A DNA stretch of 64,000 nucleotides from contig OZ244971.1 of the NCBI GenBank assembly GCA_965222775.1, positions 1,309,165-1,373,164 on the forward strand, given 5' to 3'. Positions 1 to 10,845 of this stretch are shown here, one piece after another. The number at the start of each line of letters is the position of its first letter. Position 1 is the first letter of the stretch. A program made the position numbers and the translations under genes. The notes below the pieces were generated by a model. The model made no database searches and was not told the origin of the DNA. It saw only the letters and a list, made by a program, of their open reading frames with translations. The stretch comes from Hyphomicrobiaceae bacterium. GTDB lineage: Bacteria; Pseudomonadota; Alphaproteobacteria; Rhizobiales; Hyphomicrobiaceae.

Positions 1-992
1 GTCGATATCAGCGGCCTTTAGGCCAGCATCTTTGAGTGCTTGTTCGCAGGGGCCTTTGGTGCGCTTGATCAAGTCATCGACCAGGCTTTCGAGCTTGGCG
101 CGGGTCAGTTTGATCGTTAAGTGCTTTGGTCCTGATTGATCGGCGGTGATGAACGGCAGGTTGATCTCGGTCTGCGCAGAAGAAGACAGCTCAATCTTTG
201 CTTTTTCTGCTGCTTCCTTGAGCCTTTGCAGTGCAAGTTTGTCGGATCGCAGGTCGATGGTGTTTTCTTTTTTGAATTCGTCGGCGAGGTAGTTGACGAG
301 CGCCATGTCGATATCTTCACCGCCAAGGAACGTGTCACCGTTGGTCGATTTGACTTCGAAAACGCCGTCGCCGATTTCCAAAATTGAGATATCGAAGGTG
401 CCACCGCCAAGGTCGTAAACGGCGATGGTTTTTGACCCTTCTTTTTTGTCTAGGCCATAGGCCAGCGCGGCGGCCGTCGGTTCGTTAATAATGCGCAAGA
501 CTTCAAGGCCCGCGATCTTGCCCGAATCTTTGGTGGCTTGGCGCTGGGCGTCGTTGAAGTAGGCAGGAACCGTAATAACAGCTTGGGTGATCTTTTCGCC
601 GAGCTTTTGTTCGGCGGTTTCTTTCATCTTCTGCAAGATAAATGCAGAAACTTCTTGGGGGGAATATTGTTTGCCGTTGGCTTCAACCCAGGCATCGCCG
701 TTCTTGCCTTTGACAATCTTGTAAGGCACCAGGTCCTGGTCTTTTTTGACCACTTCGTCGTCAAAGCGACGTCCGATGAGACGTTTGATGGCAAATAAAG
801 TGTTTGTAGGATTTGTTACAGCTTGCCGTTTTGCTGGTAGGCCAACGAGCCTTTCACCATCTTCGGAAAACGCAACAATTGAAGGCGTGGTGTTTGAGCC
901 TTCAGCGTTATCAAGAACTTTTGGTTTGCCGCCTTCCATCACGGCAACGCACGAATTGGTTGTTCCAAGGTCGATACCAATGACCTTCGCCA
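1..992 (-). CDS. dnaK: Molecular chaperone DnaK (Hsp70), N-terminal ~330 aa. The 3' end of the gene lies beyond the window start
   Basis: Reverse-complement translation from the ATG (complement of 990-992) gives [42 protein letters not shown]..., the canonical DnaK N-terminus. Not in the ORF track because it runs off the window edge. Confidence 0.9.
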
Positions 993-1223
993 TATCAATT
1001 CCCCTTTCGGTTGCGGCAGACAGATCGGGCCCGTAAACGGCGTCCGATACCGGCTGGCCCTTTTTTTTGGGACCTAGCCGCGGTCTCCTGAAGCAAAAAA
1101 TTGTGACTGGGCGTTATATAAGCAGGAGTTTTATGGGTGCAACGGTTGGTAGACACGCAAGTGTGATCAATTTGCTTTTTTCCCGTGGTGGGTCCGTTGC
1201 ACGTACATGCGGGTAGGTCTGAG

Positions 1224-1832
1224 ATGATTGATGGATTTCAGCATTTGTCTGAATATTTGGATGCCAAGGCCCAGGAAGCGCTGTTGACTGATATTTACGA
1301 TATCCTTGATGTTGCCCCCTTTTTTCAAGCTCGAATGCCGCGGACCGGGCATCCCTTATCGGTGTTGATGACGAACGCTGGTGCGCTCGGGTGGGTAAGC
1401 GATCAAGAGCATGGGTATCGTTATCAGGCCTCGCATCCAGACACGGGAAAGGCCTGGCCGCCTATTCCTGAGCGATGCTTAGAGCTGTGGCAAGACGTGG
1501 CGCATTGGACCCATCCGCCGGAGGCTTGTTTGATCAATTTTTACAAAGGCAAAGCGCGGATGGGCAGTCATGTGGATCGCGACGAAGAGGAGCTTGGCGC
1601 GCCAGTGGTTTCGGTGTCGTTGGGCGATGATGCGATCTTTCATGTCGGCGGCCGAAAGCGTTCAGATCCGAAAACGAGATTGACGCTTAGGTCAGGTGAC
1701 GTTGTGGTTTTGGGTGGCGCGGCGCGACTTTGTTATCATGGTGTCGATCGTGTGCTCGGAGGAACGTCGAGGCTGTTGGCTGAAGGCGGTCGGATTAATT
1801 TGACGATGCGTCGTGTGACTCGGGCTGGATAG
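1224..1832 (+). CDS. alkB: AlkB-like 2OG-Fe(II) oxygenase (alkylated DNA repair dioxygenase)
   Basis: ORF 1185..1832 contains the HxD...H iron-binding pattern (GSHVDRDE ... RLCYHGV) and overall AlkB-like sequence. The start at the internal ATG 1224 (MIDGFQ...) is preferred. Confidence 0.7.
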   Translation: MIDGFQHLSEYLDAKAQEALLTDIYDILDVAPFFQARMPRTGHPLSVLMTNAGALGWVSDQEHGYRYQASHPDTGKAWPPIPERCLELWQDVAHWTHPPEACLINFYKGKARMGSHVDRDEEELGAPVVSVSLGDDAIFHVGGRKRSDPKTRLTLRSGDVVVLGGAARLCYHGVDRVLGGTSRLLAEGGRINLTMRRVTRAG

Positions 1833-1873
1833 GATGCCTTGTGGCTCCCAACATCCGTCAAAATGCGCGCATG

Positions 1874-2722
1874 CTAGAGGTCTTTTGTGCCGTTTTGTGA
1901 TTGACCGTGACCACCATCACGTCCCGTTGTGTCGTCTTGCTTCGCGTCGCTGGTTGTTTGGTTTTCTGAGCCAGATTTGGCATCCGCGGCTTCGTCGACG
2001 TCAGATTTCGCGGAGCGGACAGGTTTTTCACCGCCCTTGGCAACCAAGACCATCGCTGGTCGCAGCATTCGGTCGCTAATCAGATATCCGCACTGTACGA
2101 CTTGAAGGATTGTGCCGGCTGCGACGCTTTTGTCTTCTTGTTCCATCATGGCTTGGTGCTTGTGTGGATCAAAGAGCTCGCCCACGGGGTTGATGCGCTT
2201 GATGCCGTGGCGCTCCAAAATATTGAGAAATTCTCTTTCTGCTATTGTGACGCCATCGAGCAGGCTTTTGAGCCCCTCGTTCTCCTCCGGGGCGCCTTCA
2301 GGGACAGATGAGATGGCCCGTTCGAAGTTATCCACGACTGCTACAATGTCGCGGGCGAAGTTGCTGATCGCGTATTTTGAGGTTTCTGCCCGCTCACGTT
2401 CAAAGCGCTTGTGCAGGTTTTGAATATCTGCCCGGGATAAGAGCAACTGCTTTTTTAGATCATCGACTTCGAGGGTCAGGTCAGCGATTTGCTCAAGGGG
2501 GGTCGGCGCTTTGATGTCGTCTTCGCCCATGTCCTCCGGATCGGATTGTGTAGACGTGGCGTTCTCCGTTTGGCTCATGGCTTTGCGAAGTGCTTCTTGT
2601 TTGTCTTTATCTAAAGACAGTGTCGGCCGTTTGGGTTTGTTGCCCGGGCTCCCACCTGTTCCGTCGCGTTTGTGGGTCGGCCTGTTCTTTGGTTGACCGG
2701 TTTTATTGGCTTCGTCGGTCAT
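1874..2722 (-). CDS. grpE: Nucleotide exchange factor GrpE, with N- and C-terminal low-complexity extensions
   Basis: GrpE core present (LEVDDLKKQLL...KRFERE...NFARDIV...VLQVVQCGY). GGAG RBS 6 nt upstream of the ATG at 2722. Lies downstream of hrcA in the same orientation. Confidence 0.85.
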   Translation of the reverse strand: MTDEANKTGQPKNRPTHKRDGTGGSPGNKPKRPTLSLDKDKQEALRKAMSQTENATSTQSDPEDMGEDDIKAPTPLEQIADLTLEVDDLKKQLLLSRADIQNLHKRFERERAETSKYAISNFARDIVAVVDNFERAISSVPEGAPEENEGLKSLLDGVTIAEREFLNILERHGIKRINPVGELFDPHKHQAMMEQEDKSVAAGTILQVVQCGYLISDRMLRPAMVLVAKGGEKPVRSAKSDVDEAADAKSGSENQTTSDAKQDDTTGRDGGHGQSQNGTKDL

Positions 2723-2855
2723 TGGTGCTCCATTTCAAAATAATGCGTCTTAATCTTTGGCGCCTGCTCAGCGGGTTTTGGTTGGGGGAATTGCGCGGGC
2801 GCATTTTTTTAATTGGTTTTTCGCTGACCTCGATATCAGGGCGGGGGTGCGAAAA

Positions 2856-3917
2856 TCAAGTCAGCAGGCGTGTGACCAATTTGGCTGTATAATCGACCAT
2901 TGGGATAATACGACCATAATTGAGGCGAGTGGGTCCAATTATGCCGAGCACGCCGACAATCTTTCGTTCTTCGTTGTGAAAAGGTGCGGCTATGACGGAT
3001 GAGCCGGATAGTGAAAACAGTTTGTTCTCTGAACCGATAAAAATTTTTACACCTTCGGCGCGTTCTGCAAGCCCCAAAATTTCGATGAGTTCTCTGCGTG
3101 ATTCCAGGTCGTCGAACAATTGGCGGATGCGTTCCATATCCTCTGCGGCTTCAAGGTCGTTTAGGAGGTTTGAGCGGCCACGGACGATCAAACTCTTTCG
3201 ATCATCCAGTGCGCCTGACCATTCAGCGAGGCCGGACTGAATGACATTTTTTGTAAGCTTGTCGAATTCCGCCTTCTTGCTTTTTAATTCCTTTTCGATC
3301 CGCGCCCGCGCTTCGGCAAATGTCAGGCCGCAAATGTGTGCATTGAGGTAGTTTGAGGCTTCCGTGAGTGCTGAGTGCGGAAGGCCCGGAGGCAGGTCGA
3401 TAATTCGGTTTTCGACGGCTTGATTTTCACCGACAATGATTACCAAGGCACGGCGTGGTTCAAGTTGTACAAATTCAATATGCTTTAAGTGCACAACGTC
3501 TGTTTTGGCGAGGACAACACCTGCACAGTGCGAAAGCCCGGAAATCATTTCGCCGGCTTCGTTGAGAACCTGCTCAATGTTTTGTGGGGTTTCAGTTGTG
3601 CAGAGTTGTGTTTCAATTTGACGGCGTTCTTGTTCGTTTAGGTCACCGACTTCCAACAGCCCATCTACGAATAGGCGCAGACCGGTTTGGGTTGGCAGGC
3701 GACCCGATGACGTATGCGGTGCGAAGATGAGGCCAAGCTCCTCCAAGTCCGACATGACGTTGCGTATAGAAGCCGGAGACAACGTCATCGGCAGGACACG
3801 GGAAAGATTTCGCGAACCCACTGGGGCGCCGGTGGCGAGGTAGGTCTCAACGATTTCGCGCAGAATGGTCTGAGCTCGCGCGTCGAGATTTTGAAGTACT
3901 TCGATGTTATTTTCCAT
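2856..3917 (-). CDS. hrcA: Heat-inducible transcription repressor HrcA
   Basis: 353 aa with a winged-helix N-terminus and the typical HrcA C-domain. The hrcA-grpE operon arrangement is conserved in alphaproteobacteria. Confidence 0.85.
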   Translation of the reverse strand: MENNIEVLQNLDARAQTILREIVETYLATGAPVGSRNLSRVLPMTLSPASIRNVMSDLEELGLIFAPHTSSGRLPTQTGLRLFVDGLLEVGDLNEQERRQIETQLCTTETPQNIEQVLNEAGEMISGLSHCAGVVLAKTDVVHLKHIEFVQLEPRRALVIIVGENQAVENRIIDLPPGLPHSALTEASNYLNAHICGLTFAEARARIEKELKSKKAEFDKLTKNVIQSGLAEWSGALDDRKSLIVRGRSNLLNDLEAAEDMERIRQLFDDLESRRELIEILGLAERAEGVKIFIGSENKLFSLSGSSVIAAPFHNEERKIVGVLGIIGPTRLNYGRIIPMVDYTAKLVTRLLT

Positions 3918-4298
3918 CCTATTAGGACCGGGGCGGACAGGACACTCTATGCGTTTTCCAGTTTAGATGAGACCAATATATGCCTCTTTTTGTGAAACCA
4001 AGACTATTTGGTGAAAAAGGGCAAATGGCGGTGAACATTAACTCGAGTTCGAAAGGGTCTGTTGGGGGAGCGGCTCAAGGGTGTGGATCTTTGGCTTCAG
4101 TCTCGGATAACGACTTTATCATTGGTATTCGGGGCTTGTCGTAATTGCGCGAAGCACGCATAAAGGCCGAGCGTATTTTGACATTGTTAACGGATACGTG
4201 CGTCGCGCTGCAAGATGATCGATTTTTAGAGAGAGCTCGTCATCTTGCCATGTGAGGAAATAAGCTTAGCCACCTCTTTTCTGAAAAAGAAGTAAGAT

Positions 4299-5012
4299 AT
4301 GCGGCCTTCAAAACGCAATCCAGATGAACTGCGCAGGGTTTCCATCGAGCGTGCCGTTTCCATGCATGCGGAAGGCTCATGTCTTATTAAGTTTGGAAAT
4401 ACGCATGTCTTGTGTACGGCAAGTCTCGAGGAACGGTTACCGCCGTGGTTGAAGGGCCAGCAGAGGGGTTGGGTTACGGCCGAATATGCGATGTTGCCGC
4501 GTTCAACTTCAGAGCGCATGCGTCGCGAGGTGACAAAGGGACAAGCTTCGGGACGGACGCAAGAGATTCAACGTCTCATCGGGCGTGCACTGCGCGCGGT
4601 GGTTGATATGCAGGCGCTCGGAGAGCGGCAGATTACGGTTGATTGCGATGTGATCCAGGCGGATGGCGGTACGCGTACGGCATCCATTACGGGTGCATGG
4701 GTAGCACTTCATGATTGTGTGGCTTGGATGAAGTCGCGAGACATGGTGAAGGATGGGGTGCTGCGCGATCAGGTGGCCGCCGTTTCTTGTGGACTTTATC
4801 AAAGTACTCCGGTTCTTGATTTGGACTATGCGGAAGATTCATCGGCGGATGCTGATGCAAACTTTGTTATGACGGGTTCGGGCGGAATCGTTGAAGTCCA
4901 GGGGACGGCGGAGACCGTGCCCTTCAGCCAAGATGACTTTGATGCGCTGATGGCTTTGGCCAAGAAAGGTATTGGCGAGCTGATTGAGCTACAAAAGCTC
5001 ACCGTTGGATAG
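4299..5012 (+). CDS. rph: Ribonuclease PH
   Basis: 237 aa. MRPSKR...DELR...[20 protein letters not shown]...[11 protein letters not shown]...[19 protein letters not shown] is near-identical in pattern to canonical RNase PH. Confidence 0.9.
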   Translation: MRPSKRNPDELRRVSIERAVSMHAEGSCLIKFGNTHVLCTASLEERLPPWLKGQQRGWVTAEYAMLPRSTSERMRREVTKGQASGRTQEIQRLIGRALRAVVDMQALGERQITVDCDVIQADGGTRTASITGAWVALHDCVAWMKSRDMVKDGVLRDQVAAVSCGLYQSTPVLDLDYAEDSSADADANFVMTGSGGIVEVQGTAETVPFSQDDFDALMALAKKGIGELIELQKLTVG

Positions 5013-5050
5013 TTCAGGTGCGAACTTAAGGCCTCCAATTTTGTGAGGGC

Positions 5051-5500
5051 TTGATGTGTGGTGATCCCATGATGCCGCGTGCGGTTTTAGAGACCGTCAT
5101 CTATGCGGAAGATCTTGGTCAGGCCGAGGTCTTTTATCGAGATGTTCTTGGGCTAGAGCCGAAGGTCAAGACGGAAGGTCGACAGCTTTTTTATCAGTGC
5201 GGGCAGCAGATGTTGCTGATCTTCAATCCGGTCGTAACGAGACGGCCGCCTTCGCCCGATGGGCGTTTGCCTGTCCCTGCCCATGGTGCAACAGGTTCCT
5301 GTCACGTGTGTTTTGAGGCGACGGGCGAAGAAATTTCGGCTTGGAAGACGCGGCTCATGGAAAATGGAATTGAAATAGAGGCTGATTTTCAATGGCCTGG
5401 AGGCGGTCGCTCGATTTACTTTCGGGACCCTGCAGGCAATTGTCTTGAGTTTGCTGAGCGGCGCATCTGGGGTCTTGATGAAGACAGAGGTCATTCATGA
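5051..5500 (+). CDS. VOC (glyoxalase/bleomycin-resistance/dioxygenase) family protein
   Basis: ~145 aa with betaalphabetabetabeta-module-like sequence ([22 protein letters not shown]...[14 protein letters not shown]). The true start may be the internal ATG at 5069/5072. Confidence 0.55.
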   Translation: MMCGDPMMPRAVLETVIYAEDLGQAEVFYRDVLGLEPKVKTEGRQLFYQCGQQMLLIFNPVVTRRPPSPDGRLPVPAHGATGSCHVCFEATGEEISAWKTRLMENGIEIEADFQWPGGGRSIYFRDPAGNCLEFAERRIWGLDEDRGHS

Positions 5501-6408
5501 CGCGACGACGCCTGAAGGCCGGTCAAAAATTGGTTGTTGCGAGCCATAACTCCGGCAAGGTTTGGGAGATCAAAGAGCTTTTGGCGCCTTACGGGTTGGA
5601 TGTTGCTGCCGCTGGTGATTTGCAACTGGACGAACCCGAAGAAACGGAAAAGACGTTTGAGGGCAATGCGCAGCTCAAGGCTGTGGCTGCGGCAAAATCG
5701 TCTGGCCTTCCGGCGCTTGCAGATGATTCAGGGCTTGAAGTTGACGTGCTTAAAGGTGCACCCGGCATTTATTCCGCGCGCTGGGCTGGGCCTACAAAAG
5801 ACTTTTCCATCGCAATGAAAAAGCTTGAAGCCGATATTGCCGCCAAAAAAGGATGGCGGGGCAAAGGACCTAAAGCCAATTTTACGTGTGTGTTGTGTCT
5901 TGCTTGGCCTGATGGTGAAGCAGAGTGTTATGCGGGTAAAGTTTTCGGTAGGCTTGTACGTCCTGGGCGTGGCGGCAATGGATTTGGTTATGACCCAATG
6001 TTTGTGGCTGACGGCGAGACTTTAACGTTTGGTGAAATGGAACCAGATGAAAAGCATTTGATTTCACACCGCGCGCGGGCGTTTAAAGTTTTTCAAAAAG
6101 AATGTCTAGGACATTTGGCAGTTGCGGATGCGTTGGTCGACGGTTTCGATGATGAGCAATTGGGTGATGGGTCACCTGCAGATGCGCTGCTGGCGGCTGC
6201 TGCCAATATCTCTACAAAAGATGAGTTGGTGCGCTTTATCGCAAATTTGCGGGAGGATTTGGCGCACAACGACGGCGAATGGGAAAATGTAACGCTGGAA
6301 GCTTATCTGGAGGCCATGGAAGCTTGGATTGACGACAGCGAGTTTGGCGACGAGCCGCCGTGGCGGATGTTTGCCAAGGTGCTGTTTGCTGCAGGGCGTT
6401 ATGAGTAA
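5497..6408 (+). CDS. rdgB: RdgB/HAM1 non-canonical purine NTP pyrophosphatase fused to an uncharacterised ~100-aa acidic C-terminal domain
   Basis: The first ~200 aa match the RdgB pattern ([17 protein letters not shown]...FEGNAQLKA...ADDSGLEVD...GYDPMF...HRARA). The ORF runs on for ~100 more residues ([41 protein letters not shown]...) before a TAA that overlaps the hemW start. Confidence 0.8.
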   Translation: MTRRRLKAGQKLVVASHNSGKVWEIKELLAPYGLDVAAAGDLQLDEPEETEKTFEGNAQLKAVAAAKSSGLPALADDSGLEVDVLKGAPGIYSARWAGPTKDFSIAMKKLEADIAAKKGWRGKGPKANFTCVLCLAWPDGEAECYAGKVFGRLVRPGRGGNGFGYDPMFVADGETLTFGEMEPDEKHLISHRARAFKVFQKECLGHLAVADALVDGFDDEQLGDGSPADALLAAAANISTKDELVRFIANLREDLAHNDGEWENVTLEAYLEAMEAWIDDSEFGDEPPWRMFAKVLFAAGRYE

Positions 6409-7683
6409 ATGACCCAATCTGGCGTACGTAAACTTGGGACTGCAGAGGAGCGTCGTGTGGGCGGGGGCTTTGACACCGAAACTGCGGGCTTTGGTGTTTA
6501 TGTGCATTTTCCGTTTTGTCAGCGAAAGTGCCCTTATTGCGATTTCAATTCCCATGTTCGGATTAAAGGTTGGGATGAAGAGGCCATATCCAACGCATAT
6601 GTTCGCGAACTCGATTACATTTCTGAGCTCACCGGTCCGCGCGTTGTGAATTCGATTTTTTTTGGCGGTGGGACGCCGTCATTGATGCAACCCAAAACAG
6701 TTGGTTATGTGATTGATGCGGTTGCTAAGCGTTGGACGCTGGAAGAAGACGCAGAGATCACACTTGAAGCAAACCCAGGAAGTGCGGAAGCAACACGATT
6801 TCGTGGCTACAAGCAGGCTGGTGTCAATCGGATTTCGGTGGGTGTTCAGGCCTTTCGTGATCATGATTTGCAAGTCTTGGGTCGAATTCATTCGGTTGAC
6901 GAAGCAAAAGCGGCGTTGGCTCTTGCGTCTGACGTGTTTGGGCGATTTTCGTTTGATTTGATTTATGCGCGTCCTCAACAGCGGGTCGATGACTGGCGAA
7001 GGGAATTGGCTGAGGCGCTGACGTTTGCGGGTGGCAGGCACTTGTCGCTTTATCAATTAACGATTGAGCCTGAGACGCCGTTTGCCAAGTTGCATGCTGC
7101 TGGCAAGCTTAAGGTGCCTGATCCGGACTTGGCATTGGCGTTTTACGAAGTAACTCAGAAGATCATGGAAGCGGCTGGTCTACCGGCCTATGAGATTTCC
7201 AATCACGCGGCCCCGGGTGAAGAAAGTCAGCACAACCTCGTTTATTGGCGGTATGGGGAATACGCCGGCATTGGCCCGGGGGCACATGGTCGGATTTTGT
7301 CTGGCGGAACGCGGGTGGCGATGTCCGCGCTGAAGGCCCCCGAAGCTTGGCTGTCACGCGTTGCGAAAAAAGGGAACGGGTTTGTTGACATTTCAGTGCT
7401 CAATCAAGATCAGATGGCCGACGAGATGCTGCTTATGGGATTGCGCTTGATGGAAGGTGTTGATTTGGATCGACTGGAAGAAGTTGGCGGTGTGCGTCCT
7501 GCGCGAGACGTGTTGGATGATCTTTCAAGCCGCGGTCTCATTCAATTTGATGAGGGTAGTCAACGCCTCAAAGTGAATCGGAAAGGTCGTTTCATACTCA
7601 ATGAGATTGTCTTCCGTCTTTCTGACAGTTTTGAAAGGCCGGGCGTCACACTGCATCATGGTGTGGCAAGTGAATGCAGTTAG
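6409..7683 (+). CDS. hemW: HemW-like radical SAM protein (oxygen-independent coproporphyrinogen-III oxidase-like, heme chaperone family)
   Basis: CxxxCxxC radical-SAM motif (FCQRKCPYCDF) and HemN/HemW-like downstream sequence. Conserved position after rdgB. Confidence 0.8.
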   Translation: MTQSGVRKLGTAEERRVGGGFDTETAGFGVYVHFPFCQRKCPYCDFNSHVRIKGWDEEAISNAYVRELDYISELTGPRVVNSIFFGGGTPSLMQPKTVGYVIDAVAKRWTLEEDAEITLEANPGSAEATRFRGYKQAGVNRISVGVQAFRDHDLQVLGRIHSVDEAKAALALASDVFGRFSFDLIYARPQQRVDDWRRELAEALTFAGGRHLSLYQLTIEPETPFAKLHAAGKLKVPDPDLALAFYEVTQKIMEAAGLPAYEISNHAAPGEESQHNLVYWRYGEYAGIGPGAHGRILSGGTRVAMSALKAPEAWLSRVAKKGNGFVDISVLNQDQMADEMLLMGLRLMEGVDLDRLEEVGGVRPARDVLDDLSSRGLIQFDEGSQRLKVNRKGRFILNEIVFRLSDSFERPGVTLHHGVASECS

Positions 7684-7754
7684 GTCTGCGTTATCCGATT
7701 GCGGCATTCTCGACGATAGACATTCCGTTCAGTCCCAACTATTCAACTTAAGCA

Positions 7755-8336
7755 ATGATCAAAAGCCTTTACGATTGGACCATGCGGGCCGCGCAACACA
7801 AGCGTGCGCCCGAAGCGTTGTTCGCTGTTTCATTTGTGGAAAGTTCGTTTTTTCCCATTCCGCCAGATGTGATGCTGATACCGATGGTGCTGGCTGAGCG
7901 CGCGAAGGCGTGGTTTTTTGCCTTTGTCGCAACTTGTGGATCTGTCTTGGGTGGGCTTTTTGGCTATGTGATTGGTTATTTTTTGTTTGACCAAATCGGC
8001 AAACCGCTGCTTGACGCTTATGGGTACACCGAAAAATTTGCGTCATTTGCGCAGCAATACAATGATTATGGGGCTTGGATTGTCTTTATCTTTGGTGTGA
8101 CGCCCTTTCCCTATAAGGTTATTACAATTGCCAGCGGTTGGACGCAGCTCAATTTGATTGTGTTTATACTCGCTAGCATTGCATCGCGTGGCTTGAGATT
8201 TTTTATCGTGGCGGGGCTTTTGTATTTCTTCGGGCCTCATATTCGAGACTTCATCGAAAAACGTCTTGGTTTGGTGTTTACCGTGTTTGTAATCCTATTG
8301 ATTGGCGGCTTTGTTGCCATCAAATACCTGCTTTAG
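7755..8336 (+). CDS. DedA/YqaA-family (SNARE-associated-like) inner membrane protein
   Basis: 193 aa polytopic membrane protein. The N-terminal FVESSFFPIPPDVMLIPMVL motif is typical of the YqaA/DedA family. Confidence 0.7.
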   Translation: MIKSLYDWTMRAAQHKRAPEALFAVSFVESSFFPIPPDVMLIPMVLAERAKAWFFAFVATCGSVLGGLFGYVIGYFLFDQIGKPLLDAYGYTEKFASFAQQYNDYGAWIVFIFGVTPFPYKVITIASGWTQLNLIVFILASIASRGLRFFIVAGLLYFFGPHIRDFIEKRLGLVFTVFVILLIGGFVAIKYLL

Positions 8337-8427
8337 ATGCTCTCTTGTAAGTGGAGTGTTGGTGTTGGGCATTCGATCACATCTAGATACCGGTTCAGAA
8401 GCATACCAGTTGGGTGCGGCTGCACTC

Positions 8428-8901
8428 ATGTTGTCGATCGCCGTCATCTTAGGTGCGCTGGCCTTTGAGCATATTGGCGGGCTCATTCCGTGCCCGCTCT
8501 GCCTGCAACAGCGTTATGCCTACTATGCGGGGATCCCGCTCATCTTCGGAGCGCTCATATTGGTCAGTGCTGGGAACGGGCGAGCGGCTGGCGTGATCTT
8601 TTTTCTTGTAGCGCTTGTGTTTGCTGCGAATGCGGCGCTCGGCGCTTATCATGCAGGTGTAGAATGGGACTATTGGCCCGGACCTCAGTCCTGTGCGGGA
8701 ACCCAAGACTTGGCGACGTCTACGGATGATCTGGTTTCTAAACTTGGTGAGACAACGATCGTGCGGTGCGATGAGGTCGCCTGGAGCTTTTTGGGTCTGT
8801 CTCTGGCGGGCTGGAATGTCGTCGTTTCGCTGTTGGTCTTTTTGATGATGCTTCGCGCAGCGTTTACCGCCCATAATCCCGTCTTGAAAAAGTCGGTTTG
8901 A
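8428..8901 (+). CDS. dsbB: Disulfide bond formation protein B (DsbB family)
   Basis: Four predicted TM helices and the periplasmic-loop Cys pair CPLCLQQRYAYY. The ATG at 8428 is chosen, but an upstream TTG/GTG start (about 8353-8362) would give a more typical N-terminus. Confidence 0.7.
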   Translation: MLSIAVILGALAFEHIGGLIPCPLCLQQRYAYYAGIPLIFGALILVSAGNGRAAGVIFFLVALVFAANAALGAYHAGVEWDYWPGPQSCAGTQDLATSTDDLVSKLGETTIVRCDEVAWSFLGLSLAGWNVVVSLLVFLMMLRAAFTAHNPVLKKSV

Positions 8902-9768
8902 GAACAACGGGATAGCGACGCGCAGCATGCGTCGCAGTTGGTCTTTTTCCACACCAATGTCGTGCTTGCAGCATCGGTCAATCAAAATTCCCCGGGTTAG
9001 CCAGATTGCGGACTTTTTGTTGCCTCGATGTCACGGTTAATTCGTCATGTTCGTGGAACACAAGGCGAACGTTTGGTTTGGATGAGGGAATTGCGGAATG
9101 GTTGTGCGTGCGTTCGGGTCCGCAGGTTGTGAACCTCCAACCCAAGTGTTGTTTCGACACCGGGTTGCTCGCGTTGAAGAGCCAACAGGTACGTCGTCAG
9201 CAAAGTGTTCTGCAGGAAGTACGTTGTCGCGTGCAGATCAAGAATTGCGTTCCAGTCCAAGTTTAGCGTCCGTATTGCGTGCCCTTCGGTTTCGTGAGTT
9301 GCGTAGAGTTTCGTTTGCGTTTTCCCCGTTACCAAAAGAAGCACTGAAGCCCGTGCTTCTCGACAAAAGACGGGCCGCTCTGCGTAATAAGTTTCAGCGT
9401 TGGTTTGAGCGGCTCGTCAGTACCGATAAAGAATTTCGTTGTTTTGAGTCCGTTAGTGGTTCGGTGTCTAAAAAGACGTCTCACTCAGGTGTTGTTAGCA
9501 AATTGCATAAGCGTATCGGGTCATCGTCGGCACAGTTGGGCTCGGATGACTAGAGTTTAGAGTTTTGTGGGTGCAAGTAGACCCTCATTCGAGTTGGCAA
9601 GTGCGTTCAGTGAAGCAATCAACAGCTCAAGACGGCGTCGTATGACCAGTTTAGCGTTTCGATGCCATTAAGGCTGAATGTGCTTGCCTCTTCTTCAAGT
9701 TTCAAATGCGTTTGTCTGTGCGGGCGTACACAAGGTTGTCCGTGTGCCATCGCAACCAGGAGGCAAAA

Positions 9769-9984
9769 ATGGCAGGCACTCAAATGAATCCCGTCCAGTG
9801 GCATCAGGCGCAAGACTATGCGCGCCAATATTGTGGGCGGGTCTTTTGTGAGGGCGGTTCCCCGGAAGATGCTCTTGAGGCGTTTGGATTGACGTCTGAG
9901 GGCGCCCAAGCGGCTGATTGGAGTGACGCGGTATCTTTGATTGCGGGTGCGTTGTGCCAACAGCCATCGCGGCGTGCTGCGTAA
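9769..9984 (+). CDS. Hypothetical small protein (71 aa)
   Basis: ATG preceded by a strong AGGAGG Shine-Dalgarno (ccaggaggcaaaaATGgcaggc). No recognisable domain. Lies in a 1.1-kb stretch with no other convincing gene. Confidence 0.25.
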   Translation: MAGTQMNPVQWHQAQDYARQYCGRVFCEGGSPEDALEAFGLTSEGAQAADWSDAVSLIAGALCQQPSRRAA

Positions 9985-10074
9985 GGGTTGATCCCGTCGC
10001 GCTGCTACCTAAACCGAGCTTGCGCGACGTAACCAACTTTTTTGCAGGCTGCTCTCGAAGTTCTGTGGCTCGGG

Positions 10075-10635
10075 CTACGGTTCGAGTTCCGTATCCCAAT
10101 AAAGATAATCGAGCCAGCTTTCGTGGAGGTAGTTTGGAGGAAACAGCCGCCCGTTGCGGTGCAGTTCAAACACCGTTGGCCGATACGGCTCTTGATCCGG
10201 AAACATGTTGACTTCGTTGGGCATGGCACCGCCTTTTTCCAAATTGCACGGTGCGCATGCGGTAACGACGTTGTCCCAACGCGTTTGGCCGCCTTGTGAT
10301 CGAGGGATGAGATGATCAAAGGTCAAGTCGTCTTTTGAACCGCAATACTGACACGTGAAGCGGTCTCGCAAAAAGACATTAAATCGGGTGAAGGCTGGAT
10401 AAAGGGCGGGCTTCACGTAGGTCTTGAGTGAGACCACGCTCGGTAAACGCATTTCAAAATTTGGGCTGCGCGCAAAACGGTCGTACTCGGACACGATGTT
10501 TACGCGATCGAGGAACACGGCTTTTACCGCGTCTTGCCAGCACCAAAGCGACAATGGATAGTAGCTTAGGGGCCGGAAATCCGCGTTGAGCACCAGGGCC
10601 GGATGGGCATCCGGTATGGTAGCATGAGCATTCAC
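10075..10635 (-). CDS. HNH endonuclease family protein
   Basis: 186 aa with an HNH/zinc-finger motif (CQYCGSKDDLTFDHLIPRSQGG...NVVTACAPCN). Confidence 0.75.
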   Translation of the reverse strand: MNAHATIPDAHPALVLNADFRPLSYYPLSLWCWQDAVKAVFLDRVNIVSEYDRFARSPNFEMRLPSVVSLKTYVKPALYPAFTRFNVFLRDRFTCQYCGSKDDLTFDHLIPRSQGGQTRWDNVVTACAPCNLEKGGAMPNEVNMFPDQEPYRPTVFELHRNGRLFPPNYLHESWLDYLYWDTELEP

Positions 10636-10845
10636 AGACCTGTTTCCTGTAGGTTTTCTCCCCGAATCACGGGTGCGCGCCCATTGGTGGCCGGATACTA
10701 GCCGCGCATGTCAACTCTGTGAAGCTCTAGCATTGTTATTGTTTGGCAGATTTGACACGGTTTTGATCTTTGGTTGATGTGCGGATTTTGGCGACCAGAG
10801 CAGGAGGTGTCCTCAGTTGTGGCGCTTTTGTGAGGGCCTTCAGAC

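Noticed and set aside
3918-4100. CIRCE element upstream of hrcA
   Set aside because: Only a weak partial inverted repeat (TTAACTCGAG…CTCAAGG) is present, with no match to TTAGCACTC-N9-GAGTGCTAA
9098-9553. 151-aa plus-strand ORF rich in Ser/Arg
   Set aside because: Low-complexity composition, overlaps other equally poor ORFs on both strands, and has no RBS or homology. Treated as non-coding
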